The notes under the pieces were generated by a model. The model had not been told where the DNA came from and searched no databases. It worked only from the letters and a program-made list of their open reading frames with translations. This document shows, piece after piece, positions 38,008-48,364 of a stretch of DNA of 64,000 nucleotides. The stretch is from positions 2,709 through 66,708 of the IMG/VR virus record IMGVR_UViG_3300044980_000048; one strand, 5' to 3'. Each line of letters opens with the position of its first letter. Positions within the stretch are counted from its first letter, which is position 1. The DNA comes from a virus. The position numbers were made by a program, and so were the translations under genes.

Positions 38008-38241
38008 TCACCTATTGTTAAGGATTGAAGAAAGATACTTGTAGTGCCTGCTGCTGATAAAACACCGATTAGGGTCTTTTACCGGCTCAAGTTCGAGTAG
38101 TCGTTTCTGGGCGTCACGCTTCAATTGAGTTCCTTCAGCGCATTTGCCCTTGAATATCTGCATCACAATAGAGTGCGAACCCTGTCCAAGCACATCTGAT
38201 GCGTAGCAGCGACCGAGATAATAATTAAGCAGATCGGACAT
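38008..38241 (-). CDS. Hypothetical protein
   Basis: Fills the gap between GroES and scaffold genes. Confidence 0.5.
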   Translation of the reverse strand: MSDLLNYYLGRCYASDVLGQGSHSIVMQIFKGKCAEGTQLKRDAQKRLLELEPVKDPNRCFISSRHYKYLSSILNNR

Positions 38242-38242
38242 T

Positions 38243-38674
38243 TTACCAAAGCTGATCGGGACTTTTCACACGCCCGTCGATATGCCGCCTATCATGCAGC
38301 AACCGGCATTCCCACTGGTTTTTTCCGCCAACAGGTTTCGTGGTAACGAGCGCAACATGATCGCCGTTTGTCAGGCGAATCTTCACCCAATCGCCTACCT
38401 TCGGGATATTATCCTTGCCTCCAAAATAAGCGTAATCTTCTTCATCAAAAGGAATCGGCCCCATGCGGACGACAAGCCATGCCTTGCCCTGAATGCCCTC
38501 TTCATCGCGTATCTGATCCGGCAGAAGGATACCACCCTTGGTTTTTTCGGGTCTTGCATAAGAGGCAAGCAATACTTTGCTGCCAAAGATTTCAAAATCC
38601 TCTACCGATTTCTTGATATGCTGAAAAACATAGTCAGCCGGTAGAATATCGTGGTGCATCTGCATCAGAGCCAT
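38243..38674 (-). CDS. groES: GroES-like co-chaperonin
   Basis: EKTKGGILLPD mobile loop, VVRMGP, PKVGDWV; AAGGAG RBS before MALMQ. Confidence 0.8.
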   Translation of the reverse strand: MALMQMHHDILPADYVFQHIKKSVEDFEIFGSKVLLASYARPEKTKGGILLPDQIRDEEGIQGKAWLVVRMGPIPFDEEDYAYFGGKDNIPKVGDWVKIRLTNGDHVALVTTKPVGGKNQWECRLLHDRRHIDGRVKSPDQLW

Positions 38675-38675
38675 G

Positions 38676-38807
38676 TTATTCAGACTCCTTGGCAGTTTTA
38701 CGTGTATTTTCTGTGGATTCAATCAAGGATTTTAACGGATAATCCTTGTATTTTTCCTGATCGATATAAGCCTTCTGCCATTTCGTATCAGTAAAATTAA
38801 CAGCCAT
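38676..38807 (-). CDS. 43-aa hypothetical protein (below track cutoff)
   Basis: MAVNFTDTKWQKAY...; fills the gap exactly. Confidence 0.45.
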   Translation of the reverse strand: MAVNFTDTKWQKAYIDQEKYKDYPLKSLIESTENTRKTAKESE

Positions 38808-38808
38808 A

Positions 38809-39024
38809 TTAATCCTCTTCTGTTTCAGGTTTATAATTACGTTGCGATCTCTTTCGTGCTTCGGCTATACGTTCCTCAAAGAACTTGAGTCCCTTCAGAA
38901 AACCAACTCTTTCGCCATACATATGCGGCTCAAAACAAGAGCCACCCTCAAGCATGTCCCGTTCTGCTTTGCGGCGTTCTTCTACCTCTTCAAAGACCGA
39001 TTCCCACGCTTCCTTGGTAAGCAT
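38809..39024 (-). CDS. Conserved small head-module protein
   Basis: LEGG...YGERVGFLKGL. Confidence 0.65.
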   Translation of the reverse strand: MLTKEAWESVFEEVEERRKAERDMLEGGSCFEPHMYGERVGFLKGLKFFEERIAEARKRSQRNYKPETEED

Positions 39025-39599
39025 TACTTTTTCTTAGCCGCACTTTTACCGTATTCATCTATCTTTTCGAGTCTTCCCTCGCCGGATAACGAACCCGCAT
39101 CCATATGAGGTACACCGCCTTTGGCGCATTTATCAACCGCACCGCCTTTCTTCATGCCCGGAGGACGCATCGGCATACCACCCGGAGCGCCACCCATAGG
39201 CGGTGCGCCACCGGCCATAGGAGGCATCGGAGGGCGAGGCGGCGGCATTGACGGAGCCATAGCGGGAGGCATAGAAGGCGGAATCATGGGTTTATTGCCA
39301 CCCTGCGGAACAACTACATTTACATGCACATGAGAGCCTTTTGTCTTGCCGCCACGCGCATGCTTATCAAGACGTTCATGGCTTTTCTCACCATGAGCCG
39401 CACCGCCATCCTTCAATTTAAGCTGAGTGATTTTCTTACCGGGATGATCGTGCTTTTCATGTTGATGCACGCCCTCTTCAACGGCTTTCTTAATGGCGCT
39501 CTTGACACCCTTATTCTGCTTGCCGGTGGAATATTCGCCTGATTTCATCACATGCCGAACCTTGGCCAGATGATCGCTATTGTGTACGCTGTGAAGCAT
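39024..39599 (-). CDS. Basic, Pro-rich K-x-G-G-repeat virion protein
   Basis: VHQHEKHDHPGK, MKKGG, AGSLSGEGRLEK. Confidence 0.7.
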   Translation of the reverse strand: MLHSVHNSDHLAKVRHVMKSGEYSTGKQNKGVKSAIKKAVEEGVHQHEKHDHPGKKITQLKLKDGGAAHGEKSHERLDKHARGGKTKGSHVHVNVVVPQGGNKPMIPPSMPPAMAPSMPPPRPPMPPMAGGAPPMGGAPGGMPMRPPGMKKGGAVDKCAKGGVPHMDAGSLSGEGRLEKIDEYGKSAAKKK

Positions 39600-41805
39600 C
39601 GGAATCTCCAAAATTAGGTGGGTTGAAATGTTGAATCAAGTCACTCGCTCTGTCATGCGCTGCATTGCGAGATTCGGCATCAAGTTTTATGCGTGCAGTT
39701 TCTTCTTTCATCTGCGCGATGCGCTCACGAGACTGCATTTCCGCCGCATCGGCCTGCGTCTGTACTGCAAGTTTTTTCTGTTCAGTTTGCGCCTGCACTA
39801 CCCTGTCAGCGGCTTCGCGCTGCTGCTGCTGTGAATCCTGCTGCAACTCAGCCTGCTTAATCTGCATATTCTGCTGCAATTCCTGCTGCTTTAATTGCGC
39901 CTGCATCTGTGCTGCAATAACGGCAGGATCGGGGGGTGCCTGCTGTGGCGGCGGCTGGTGGATTATCTCTTCAGGATTACTGATGCCGATAGTCTTAAGC
40001 GCGTGCTCATGTACCTTGAACTGGTCATAAAGCATCGGTGCCTGCTGCGCCAAGGTAATCAACGCCGTTGCCTGCATGATGCGGTGCATCTGTGCGGGTA
40101 CGTTTGGATCGCTATTGGGTACGATATTCAGGTTTGTCAATTCAGCAGCCTGCCATTGCCGCGCTTTTGGATTGCTGCGGTAAAGCGGCTCCGGGTCTTG
40201 CATGAATAGCTTTTTCAGTTTCATCAACTCGCGCTTTTGCGACTGATGCAGGCGCTTATGCACAGCAGCCATGGTCTTTGTCTGCTGCTCTATCATGGCC
40301 AGCATAGTGCCAACCGGCACGTTCTGCCTGCCTTCGCCTATCTCAAGATTAACCGCGCCGCCTATCTTTTCCGCCCCTTGCGCTATAATTTCCGCAAGCT
40401 GGATAAATACAGCGCTTGGCTCCTTATACGGCATCGGCATAAATGCCTTGCGTATATCATCCATCGGGCCGGTATCGACTTCAGGCCATTCGCCGGGGCC
40501 GGGATTAATCTCGTTTGTGCTTTGCCGCGTTCCCTTAACCCGCATGCCACCGGGGAAGTTATTAAACATCCCGGCATCCACCAGAATGCGCCAGATGGCC
40601 GTAAGCGCCATGGTCTGATTGCCAAGCAGGTGTAGATACCCAAGGCCAAGATAACCCATACCCGGTACTAGCATGTAATCGACAAACGGGAGGTCTTTCT
40701 TGTATTCCTTATCGTTCTCATCCCAATTGCGGCGTACATCAAGGATTATCTGTGAATCCTTGTCTATCGTAACGCGGTATGGCAGCGGCAGGTCTTCAGG
40801 AGCGCCTTTTTCATCGAATCCATAGTCTTCTGGTACAATCTCGCAGCAGCATTCGTAAACCGTATGCGGTATATCGCGTGGGCGCGGGCCAGTCGAATTG
40901 AGTCCCTGAGTCTGCTTTTCCTTCTGTTTTGTCGGATCGGCAGGTAACGAAGGGGTTGAAAGCTTTACATCCCGCCAGACTTTAGCCAACTGCATGCGGC
41001 GCACCTGAGACTGAGACATCTCAATCTTGTGCGTGACGCGCAATGCATTATCAAGGTCGGTGGCGCTTTCAGAAACAATCAAATCCGTAAGGTAGACGCA
41101 TTCAATTACAGGACGTTTACGGAGCGGGCACTTATAGATTTTCTTAAACAACGTGCCACCATAACCAAGATAAAATGCACCCCTGTCCGTATCCGGATAA
41201 TATTCCGTCGCCGTTGTAGTCAGGTAATGATTGAAATCCTCTTCAAGCTGCTGCGCAAGTTCATCATCCTGTCCTGAAGGACTGCCGCCCTCAACGACGC
41301 CCTTGCAAGGCCCGCTGGCAGGTAACATCTCTCCGACAAAGGAAGACTGAAAATCCACGACAGCAGCCAGTAATACCGGATGCCGTACCGTGGAAACATT
41401 CTTTCTCTGCCTGCGCCCGGAGCGATCCTCCATCTTCAGACCAAGCAGATCAATGCCCTTGTTGTACATCGCAACCATGGCGCTACGGCTGCGAATATCG
41501 GTTTCTATGCCGTCCAGCAAATCAGCGGAAAGTGCGCTTAATTGCTGCGGTGGGATAGCCTTTATAGCAAGGTTATCGTCAAAGCTTGACGGTTCGTTGT
41601 CGTCATTTGCAGCACCAAGGCCCGTGCCGCCTTGGCCGATAATAACATCGCCATTATCAAGCGTCGTAACCGTAGTGCCGTCTTCAGTCTGCACTACATT
41701 AGGTTTTGAATAATCCTCTGGCGCACCCAAGTCTATAGGCTCAACAGAAACCTGCGGCGCATCCTGAAAAACAGGCGCACCTTTCCAGTCGCGGGCGATT
41801 GGCAT
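39577..41805 (-). CDS. Portal protein
   Basis: 742 aa; HPVLLAAVVDFQ, GTLFKKIY, PVGTMLA...AVHKRLH, Q-rich barrel. Confidence 0.9.
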   Translation of the reverse strand: MPIARDWKGAPVFQDAPQVSVEPIDLGAPEDYSKPNVVQTEDGTTVTTLDNGDVIIGQGGTGLGAANDDNEPSSFDDNLAIKAIPPQQLSALSADLLDGIETDIRSRSAMVAMYNKGIDLLGLKMEDRSGRRQRKNVSTVRHPVLLAAVVDFQSSFVGEMLPASGPCKGVVEGGSPSGQDDELAQQLEEDFNHYLTTTATEYYPDTDRGAFYLGYGGTLFKKIYKCPLRKRPVIECVYLTDLIVSESATDLDNALRVTHKIEMSQSQVRRMQLAKVWRDVKLSTPSLPADPTKQKEKQTQGLNSTGPRPRDIPHTVYECCCEIVPEDYGFDEKGAPEDLPLPYRVTIDKDSQIILDVRRNWDENDKEYKKDLPFVDYMLVPGMGYLGLGYLHLLGNQTMALTAIWRILVDAGMFNNFPGGMRVKGTRQSTNEINPGPGEWPEVDTGPMDDIRKAFMPMPYKEPSAVFIQLAEIIAQGAEKIGGAVNLEIGEGRQNVPVGTMLAMIEQQTKTMAAVHKRLHQSQKRELMKLKKLFMQDPEPLYRSNPKARQWQAAELTNLNIVPNSDPNVPAQMHRIMQATALITLAQQAPMLYDQFKVHEHALKTIGISNPEEIIHQPPPQQAPPDPAVIAAQMQAQLKQQELQQNMQIKQAELQQDSQQQQREAADRVVQAQTEQKKLAVQTQADAAEMQSRERIAQMKEETARIKLDAESRNAAHDRASDLIQHFNPPNFGDSDASQRTQ

Positions 41806-41891
41806 TTATGATGATTCTAATATAGTGTGGGGAGGCGCATGAGCGCAGAAAGGACGAATTTATATTACGTTAGCATTAAATCCGCTTTTTA

Positions 41892-42386
41892 TCAAGCGGG
41901 TAATTTTACATTCCATCCCGCAATTAAGCACCATTCAAGTAAACCCACTCGCAAAAGTCCAATGATATTGTTATACCGTTCGCTTCGTTCTCCATGCTCT
42001 ATGGCAAGCTCTGCAAAAGTCTTATCGTTGTCACATATAGCCTTACAAACTGAAAATGCTACAGTATGATCTTTAGCCATTAATTCTTGCCATACCCTGA
42101 ATCTTTTTAGAACATCCAACACAAAATCATTGTATTCGCTTGCGCTGATTCCGGGCAATTCCCCATACTTAAATTGACGATAATTAACCAAACCGCCATA
42201 TGACACGCGAATCCCTATAGCTATTTGAATCATTGCATCAATTTCCTGATCGGTAAGCCTCTCCATAAGCCTGTGGACTGACTTGCGCATGAAGAACGCA
42301 CGATATGTCCGTGCCTGAGAAAGTTTCCGTAAGGCAGGGACTACACTATCAACGGGTGAAAACTTCTTTTTGGGGAGTTTTTTCAT
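41892..42386 (-). CDS. Putative late transcription regulator (C-terminal HTH, DUF6456/Q-like)
   Basis: ICDNDKTFAELAIEHG...LLRVGL; between terL and portal. Confidence 0.45.
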   Translation of the reverse strand: MKKLPKKKFSPVDSVVPALRKLSQARTYRAFFMRKSVHRLMERLTDQEIDAMIQIAIGIRVSYGGLVNYRQFKYGELPGISASEYNDFVLDVLKRFRVWQELMAKDHTVAFSVCKAICDNDKTFAELAIEHGERSERYNNIIGLLRVGLLEWCLIAGWNVKLPA

Positions 42387-44011
42387 ACGGGATAAAGCGG
42401 GTCGGGATCGTTTCCGGTGAATATTGAAGATTCCATTTCGGCACGTTGCGTTTCTTCCGGCATAAGCGCAAGACCGAGTTTGCGGAGATACCCAAGGCCC
42501 ATGGTAAGGGCGTCTACCATATCATCGTGTTTTGCCTTGGGAAAGCTACTGCATTGGTTAATGCATGCATCTACCCAACTCCTGTCAGGAGCATAGACGC
42601 AATTCGCTGAGAATAGTGGAACAACGGCATGAGCGCGCGCCGTCTTGCTGGTATCGGCGGGATAGGGGAAAATCTGAAATTCCTGTGGACTGCAAATGCG
42701 TTGCATCTCCTGCAATATACTCTGCCCGCTGGCCTTATCTTCAATGATTGCAACATCCACTTTCCTTCTGCGACAAGTGGCAATCGTTTTTTCCAGCAGG
42801 TCATTAAAAGCAAGACGCTCATTCCATACTTCCACTAGCATGATTTTGCTTAATCCCTGCCTGTTTTTGAATACACCAAGCACTACGCAAGCGGATGGAT
42901 CGTTTTCTTCTTTCTCCTTAAAAGCGGTATCGAACGAAGCCACTACATATTCAAAATCAGGGTAACTCGGCTGCATGGCAACTTTCATCGTGCCATCCTT
43001 GCCGCGCCATTTTACCTGTTTCATCCATATTTCCTCTTCACCTTCAGGGGGCCATAACTGCCACCATTCACGCTTGATGATGCCGCCCCCGCGCGGTGCT
43101 GGAATTTGCTGATATTGGCCAGCATACGCATATGGCCCTTTGATTTTCTGAAGGCCCTTAACAACATCGTAAGAAAATCTTTCTTCCCACGCCAACTCGC
43201 CCTCTTCAGTGCGCGGGTCTTCCCATCCGATGTCTGTAGAGCATTTACGCATCGAATCAAATTCCATCGGAACCATGACATGAACATATCCCGTGCCATA
43301 TTCCAAAAGTGTGTTCGTCGCGTCATCTTCGCTGGTGCGCTGCTGAATATTCACTATTACGCCCGTCTGCATATTATTAAGACGATCAGGCATCGTTTCG
43401 CGTAACCATGTATTTGTTGTCAACATCACGGCTTCTGATTCTGAATCATCCGTTGAATTTGCATCGTCTATCAATATACGGTCTGCACGCTCGCCAGTAC
43501 CCATGCCGCCTATAGAACTGGCTATTTTCCATCCCGTCTTATCGTTTGAAACCTTGATAACGCTTTCCTGTTCCACCTGAAATACATCTCCCCACTTTGC
43601 CTGATAATCGTCATGAAGGATTATTTTAAGAAAACGTCCGTTATCACGTACTGTGAGGCGTTGCGAGTAGGAAAAATTTAAATAACGCAGATGCGGCATC
43701 TTTTGCGGCCCCCATTCCCACGCGGGCCAAAAGACGCATACACAAAGGCTTTTCATAAATCCGGGGGGCACATTAAAAATCACTTTCCTGATAATACCGA
43801 ACGTAATCGCTTCAAGGTGCAAGCATATCGCATCCAATGGCCATCCCCACACTAAAGGCGTTTCAGGTTCAACGATATGCCAATGTTTCTTGATAAATTC
43901 CGCTAATGATTCCTCACATGCCTCTTTTTCACGAACAATCTCCAACCTTTCCTTCAGGGATTGAAGAAGCGCATTATCAGGAAGCGGTTGTAGAATCTGT
44001 TGCTTTGCCAT
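42383..44011 (-). CDS. terL: Terminase large subunit
   Basis: NVPPGFMKS (Walker A), ILIDD (Walker B), YQQIP, SFDTA, IEDKASG, FP..KHDDMVDA. Confidence 0.93.
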   Translation of the reverse strand: MAKQQILQPLPDNALLQSLKERLEIVREKEACEESLAEFIKKHWHIVEPETPLVWGWPLDAICLHLEAITFGIIRKVIFNVPPGFMKSLCVCVFWPAWEWGPQKMPHLRYLNFSYSQRLTVRDNGRFLKIILHDDYQAKWGDVFQVEQESVIKVSNDKTGWKIASSIGGMGTGERADRILIDDANSTDDSESEAVMLTTNTWLRETMPDRLNNMQTGVIVNIQQRTSEDDATNTLLEYGTGYVHVMVPMEFDSMRKCSTDIGWEDPRTEEGELAWEERFSYDVVKGLQKIKGPYAYAGQYQQIPAPRGGGIIKREWWQLWPPEGEEEIWMKQVKWRGKDGTMKVAMQPSYPDFEYVVASFDTAFKEKEENDPSACVVLGVFKNRQGLSKIMLVEVWNERLAFNDLLEKTIATCRRRKVDVAIIEDKASGQSILQEMQRICSPQEFQIFPYPADTSKTARAHAVVPLFSANCVYAPDRSWVDACINQCSSFPKAKHDDMVDALTMGLGYLRKLGLALMPEETQRAEMESSIFTGNDPDPLYPV

Positions 44012-44969
44012 CTTCTTTAATCGTATTCGGCTTTATGTAGAATGTCTTTTCGCCCACATGGCCTAGCTGCGTAGACATATCAAAATCCATCCATATCTTG
44101 AAGCCGGATTTGCGTACAAGCTTACAGAAGGTAATATCCTCTCCAAACGCATCACCATCTGCGTAGTTAGGGGGCTCATAGAAAGCTGGCATACCAATTG
44201 TCTGAAATACAGTAAGCTTGATAAGCTGGCAGCAGGAGCCGATTAAAGCCATTTCCACTAATCCTTGGCCTGCGCTTATTATCTTATGTGTTCCCGTTGA
44301 ATCAGGAGGCGCAACGGCAACACCTATGGGAGTGCCGGTTTCATCGCCGCGTTTGCAGGCCGTTGCTGAGATTATATCAAGATTGTAGGAAAGAAACCTG
44401 TGCAGCAGAAACGAGGGAAACACCATATCGTTATCGAGGAAAAGTATGTGTGTAGCGCCATTCTTCATGGCGTCCTGCACCAAGCGATTACGGTTACTCG
44501 TAATGCGACTGCCCATACAATCGCGGATAATAAACTGGATATTATCTTGCTGTTTTATCGTCAGAAGCATGGCAATAAGGCTTTGCATGAATTCCGCCTT
44601 CATGGAACCGTAATGTGGCAATCCGATATAAACTACGCGCTTGGGCGGCCTTACATCCGGTATCTGCGCATCGGGTATAATTTCCTTGACGCGGGCAAAC
44701 ATCTTCTCAGCTTCATCGTATTGCCCGGTAATACGGTAAATGTTACCCCAATTATACATCGCTCTGTCATGGCGCGGGTCTAGCTCTATCGCTTTCTTAA
44801 AGCACATACCCGCATAGTCCTGATCGCCCTTGGCCATCTTGAGACAGCCCATATAATGCCAACCGTTAGCAAGTTCTGGATTTTCCTCAAGTATAGAAGC
44901 CAGAAGCGAAAAAGCTTCATCGGATTTATTCTCGCGCAGGAGGGATTCTATGAAGGAGAAATCGGTCAC
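43977..44969 (-). CDS. TPR-repeat plus GT-A glycosyltransferase
   Basis: N-terminal TPRs; HILFLDNDM, GEDITFC, LGHVG. Confidence 0.75.
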   Translation of the reverse strand: MTDFSFIESLLRENKSDEAFSLLASILEENPELANGWHYMGCLKMAKGDQDYAGMCFKKAIELDPRHDRAMYNWGNIYRITGQYDEAEKMFARVKEIIPDAQIPDVRPPKRVVYIGLPHYGSMKAEFMQSLIAMLLTIKQQDNIQFIIRDCMGSRITSNRNRLVQDAMKNGATHILFLDNDMVFPSFLLHRFLSYNLDIISATACKRGDETGTPIGVAVAPPDSTGTHKIISAGQGLVEMALIGSCCQLIKLTVFQTIGMPAFYEPPNYADGDAFGEDITFCKLVRKSGFKIWMDFDMSTQLGHVGEKTFYIKPNTIKEDGKATDSTTAS

Positions 44970-45628
44970 AGTTTTAACCTCTCTCTAACACGTTTCAAAT
45001 CTTCTTGGTACTTCGGCCCGTTGATATATGCCTTATATGCCGCACCGTCATCCGTATGCGAAGGCTGCGTTGCGTAGGTAGTATCAAATTCGGCTTTCCC
45101 TACCTGCCAGTGGCGATGCTCAAGCAATACGTCGCTGCAATATCGTGCCAAACCTAATTCAAGAGCGAATGTGCGCCATATCAAGTCAGCGCTGCCCCGT
45201 TTTATGTATGGCGGGCATAGCCATCCCCATGCGCGTACCAGATCGCCGCCAATAAAGGGATGCGTTGCAGCAAACCTGTCCTGATGAATTCCATCATCGC
45301 CCCATGCCACGCAATAGGGAATACAGGCGTCACGCAACCGAACATCCCATTTTTCCGTCATAGGAGCTACATCATCGGCAATCAGCGCATACCACGGCTC
45401 ATTTGGGTTTTCTTCAACCACGCCATTCATTGCCGCCGCTAAATCACGGCATTTTTTATTAATCTTAAAATTCCAAGTAGCAGGAAAATTCCTTATGATT
45501 CTTTCGTAAACAACAAAATTATCCTCGTCGATCACTACGGTAACGGGCAGAGTTGCAGCAGTGACTTCATACGCCTTAATAAAGCGATTCAGGCTATCAG
45601 GACGGCCACGGGTAGGAAGGATAATCAC
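44966..45628 (-). CDS. GT2-like glycosyltransferase
   Basis: ILPTRGRP, ALIADD, LEHRH. Confidence 0.75.
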   Translation of the reverse strand: MIILPTRGRPDSLNRFIKAYEVTAATLPVTVVIDEDNFVVYERIIRNFPATWNFKINKKCRDLAAAMNGVVEENPNEPWYALIADDVAPMTEKWDVRLRDACIPYCVAWGDDGIHQDRFAATHPFIGGDLVRAWGWLCPPYIKRGSADLIWRTFALELGLARYCSDVLLEHRHWQVGKAEFDTTYATQPSHTDDGAAYKAYINGPKYQEDLKRVRERLKL

Positions 45629-46452
45629 AACAGCCCTCTTTCCTGTAAAATATGCTTCTGCGTCACTTTGGAGAATATCTCAAAACCTGCTTCTGCAACA
45701 TTCTGTACACCATCCTGCAACTTCAAGACAGTGTGGCAGGTTTCAACAATATTATCATAATTGCAAAACAGCGCTGCGTTATAGTAAGGCTTCTCAAGTT
45801 CCTTGTCTGCACCATACTCGGAAACCACGCATACCTTATTCGCAAACAGGTGGGAGCAGCGGATAATCTCAAAAATAGCAGCCTGATAGTAGTGAAGGTT
45901 TAGCACCAATTTGCTCTGCGCAATATACTTATCCCGTTCTGCGCCGTACTTTCCAAATAGCGTAAAAATATTAAGTCCGGTTTTCTTCAGGTCATTGAGG
46001 ATTCTTTCACGGCGAATATTGAGCGACCCATAGAAAAGAACGTCTATTTTCTTTTCCTGATCTAACTCTATATTGCCCATGGACGGACAATATCCAATCG
46101 GCACGTACTTGGCCTCAATGCCAAATCCTTTGAGTCTTTGCACGTTTAAATGCGAGTAATCCCATACTTCATGCTCGCGGAGCATCTGAAGGTAATGATT
46201 CGTCATCCAAGCGTTGCCGGTGAGCGTATCAATTTGCTCGGTCTGATAGATAACGGCATCGGCAGGTAGTTTTATAATCTCTCCATCAGTCAAATGTGCG
46301 CCGAAGACAAGCGGCGCACTGTAATGTGTCTTCGGATCAATCGCCATGGGAACGTTAAGTGCGTAATAAAAACCTGTAGCAACTTCCCTGAAAGCCTCGC
46401 TATGGATATATCCTTCAGGCTTAACAAGCCATACAGATTTCACCGTGCTCAT
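45625..46452 (-). CDS. GT-B type glycosyltransferase
   Basis: IDVLFYGSLNIRR, SKLVLNLH, FEIIR, VVSE. Confidence 0.7.
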   Translation of the reverse strand: MSTVKSVWLVKPEGYIHSEAFREVATGFYYALNVPMAIDPKTHYSAPLVFGAHLTDGEIIKLPADAVIYQTEQIDTLTGNAWMTNHYLQMLREHEVWDYSHLNVQRLKGFGIEAKYVPIGYCPSMGNIELDQEKKIDVLFYGSLNIRRERILNDLKKTGLNIFTLFGKYGAERDKYIAQSKLVLNLHYYQAAIFEIIRCSHLFANKVCVVSEYGADKELEKPYYNAALFCNYDNIVETCHTVLKLQDGVQNVAEAGFEIFSKVTQKHILQERGLL

Positions 46453-47432
46453 TGATACGCCTCATCATTGAAGGCGATATACCTATTCTTCGCGGCATCA
46501 CGGTTAGCGCCATACCAAGCAATCGTGTCGCGTATGCCGTCTTCAAGGCCCACCCGCGCATGAAATCCATAGCCCGCAGCCTTGGTCATATCCATCACGC
46601 GCTGATTATCGCCTCCCGGCATCGTCTGATCCCATACTATCTCACGCGGCCCACCGGGAGCATGTTTGGCTACAAGCTCTGCTACATCGGCAATCGTCAC
46701 GGGATTGCCGCTGCCTAAGTTTATAGGTTCATGAATACCTTTCTCAACGGCAAGCATCGTCCCCGCTGCAACGTCTTCTGCATGGATGAAATCACGGTAT
46801 GCCGCACCGCTTCCCCAGACCGTCAAAGGCCCATCGTTCTCCACTACGCGGGCAATTAGAGAGGGCAATACCATAGCCGTTTCCGAGTCAAAGTTATCCC
46901 ATGGCCCATACACATTGGCTGGCCTCACAATAGATGTCCTGAAGCCAAACTCTTCTGCATAGGCAGCCGCCTGCAATTCTCCCATCCGCTTCGCCCATCC
47001 CGCATACCAGTCATTAGGCGACGGAAAGCCATCCCACATATCGCCCTCATGAAAGACTTCCGCAGGCGGATAGACCCCTACGGTGCTGGTATAAAGATAA
47101 TGCTTCACCTTGGCGCGTCTGGCCGCCTCCATCATGTTGATGGAAGTCTGTAATATCGGAGTGAAAAACCTCGCCGGATATTTCTTTGTGGCAGAAGGCG
47201 AACCCTTAACGCCTACAAGGTTAAATACAATATCCTTGCCTTGGCATGCGCTCTCGCAATTCGAGAATTCCCTTAAGTCGCACCTGTGGTTGCCATCCAT
47301 GGAGGCATTGTAAACAATAGCATCACGCCTGCGCAGCATTTCTACCAGCGGACGGCCTATAAGGCCGGTGCCGCCTGCTACCAATACTTTCTTGCCCTCA
47401 TAGAAGTTTTTCACGCGAAATTTTCCCGTCAT
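46449..47432 (-). CDS. NDP-sugar epimerase/reductase (GDP-fucose synthase-like SDR)
   Basis: GGTGLIG, YAGWAK, RPANVYGP, RDFIH. Confidence 0.85.
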   Translation of the reverse strand: MTGKFRVKNFYEGKKVLVAGGTGLIGRPLVEMLRRRDAIVYNASMDGNHRCDLREFSNCESACQGKDIVFNLVGVKGSPSATKKYPARFFTPILQTSINMMEAARRAKVKHYLYTSTVGVYPPAEVFHEGDMWDGFPSPNDWYAGWAKRMGELQAAAYAEEFGFRTSIVRPANVYGPWDNFDSETAMVLPSLIARVVENDGPLTVWGSGAAYRDFIHAEDVAAGTMLAVEKGIHEPINLGSGNPVTIADVAELVAKHAPGGPREIVWDQTMPGGDNQRVMDMTKAAGYGFHARVGLEDGIRDTIAWYGANRDAAKNRYIAFNDEAYQ

Positions 47433-48364
47433 TTATTTTCCTGAAACCACTTCCACGTTTTATGGATGCCCTGTTCCAGCATCGTTATCGGATGCCAGCC
47501 AATCTGTTCCTGCGCATAGGAACAGTCCAGCGACACACTCATGTCAATCGTTGGCTTACTTGTATCGTAGGTTATATTGATTTTCTTTCCCGATGCCTCA
47601 ATTATCTTGGCCACAAGTTCATTGATCGGCGTTGCCGTTCCACTGCCGCAGTTGAATAATTCATAGGAATTTTTCTGCCGTTCTATGGCGCACTGGACGA
47701 ATGAAACCAAGTCGTCAATGTAAAGTAAATCCCGCGCCTCGGTGCCGTTGCCCCATACAATAATATCCTTATCGGCCTGCGCAACCTTCGTCATCGTAGC
47801 GCCAAACACATGCGTGCGCTCAAGATCAAATTTATCGTAAGGCCCGTAAAAGTTACTTCCGCGTATCACGGTAAACTTTGTTTCGCCAAGGCCAGCGTAA
47901 AAGGCGCACATTTTTTCATTGTACAGCTTGGTATTCACCATCCCAAAATAGCGCGGATGCGGGAAGACTTCCGCCATCTCGTTTACATGGCCACCGCTGT
48001 ACATCGTCGAGCAACTGAAATAAACGACCTGCTTAACCTTATGCTCGAATGCCGAACGGAATATATAGGCATTCATCACCGCGTTATCCGTCACGTGAAT
48101 CCAAGGCTTGCCAAACGTGTCCTGACAGCCCGACGTTACCGCCGCAGCCTGAATGACAATATCCTTGTCCTGCATAACGGCATCGACATTCTCAGGATCG
48201 CACAAATCCGCATGCAACCATTTTACGTTAATATGCCTCCATGGAAGCTTTTCATGAACCACACACGTAACATCATAGCCGGGATGTTCAGCGAGTCGCT
48301 TTGCAATATTGCGTCCAAGGAAACCCGTTGCGCCTAATACCAAAACCTTCTGTTTCATAGCCAA
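47429..48364 (-). CDS. NDP-sugar epimerase/reductase (SDR)
   Basis: GATGFLG, NFYGPYDKFD, RDLLY. Confidence 0.85.
   Translation of the reverse strand: MAMKQKVLVLGATGFLGRNIAKRLAEHPGYDVTCVVHEKLPWRHINVKWLHADLCDPENVDAVMQDKDIVIQAAAVTSGCQDTFGKPWIHVTDNAVMNAYIFRSAFEHKVKQVVYFSCSTMYSGGHVNEMAEVFPHPRYFGMVNTKLYNEKMCAFYAGLGETKFTVIRGSNFYGPYDKFDLERTHVFGATMTKVAQADKDIIVWGNGTEARDLLYIDDLVSFVQCAIERQKNSYELFNCGSGTATPINELVAKIIEASGKKINITYDTSKPTIDMSVSLDCSYAQEQIGWHPITMLEQGIHKTWKWFQENK

Noticed and set aside
37287-38021. 244-aa + strand ORF and similar antisense ORFs (e.g. 32738..33298, 48520..49140, 56038..56610, 62895..63596)
   Set aside because: They lie opposite well-supported genes and have shadow-like composition.
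38243-38674. GroES without GroEL as a novelty
   Set aside because: Phage co-chaperonins that use host GroEL are well known (T4 gp31) and common in this head-module layout.
21553-40806. Further GGCGCTC heptamers on the - strand (near 21553, 24067, 39185, 40800)
   Set aside because: Mid-gene with at most two flanking base pairs, so not counted as pentaloop hairpins.
41836-41850. GCGCTC upstream of the portal gene, and CTG-AACGCT-CAG near 11870
   Set aside because: No G-C closed GCGCT pentaloop; at best degenerate copies.
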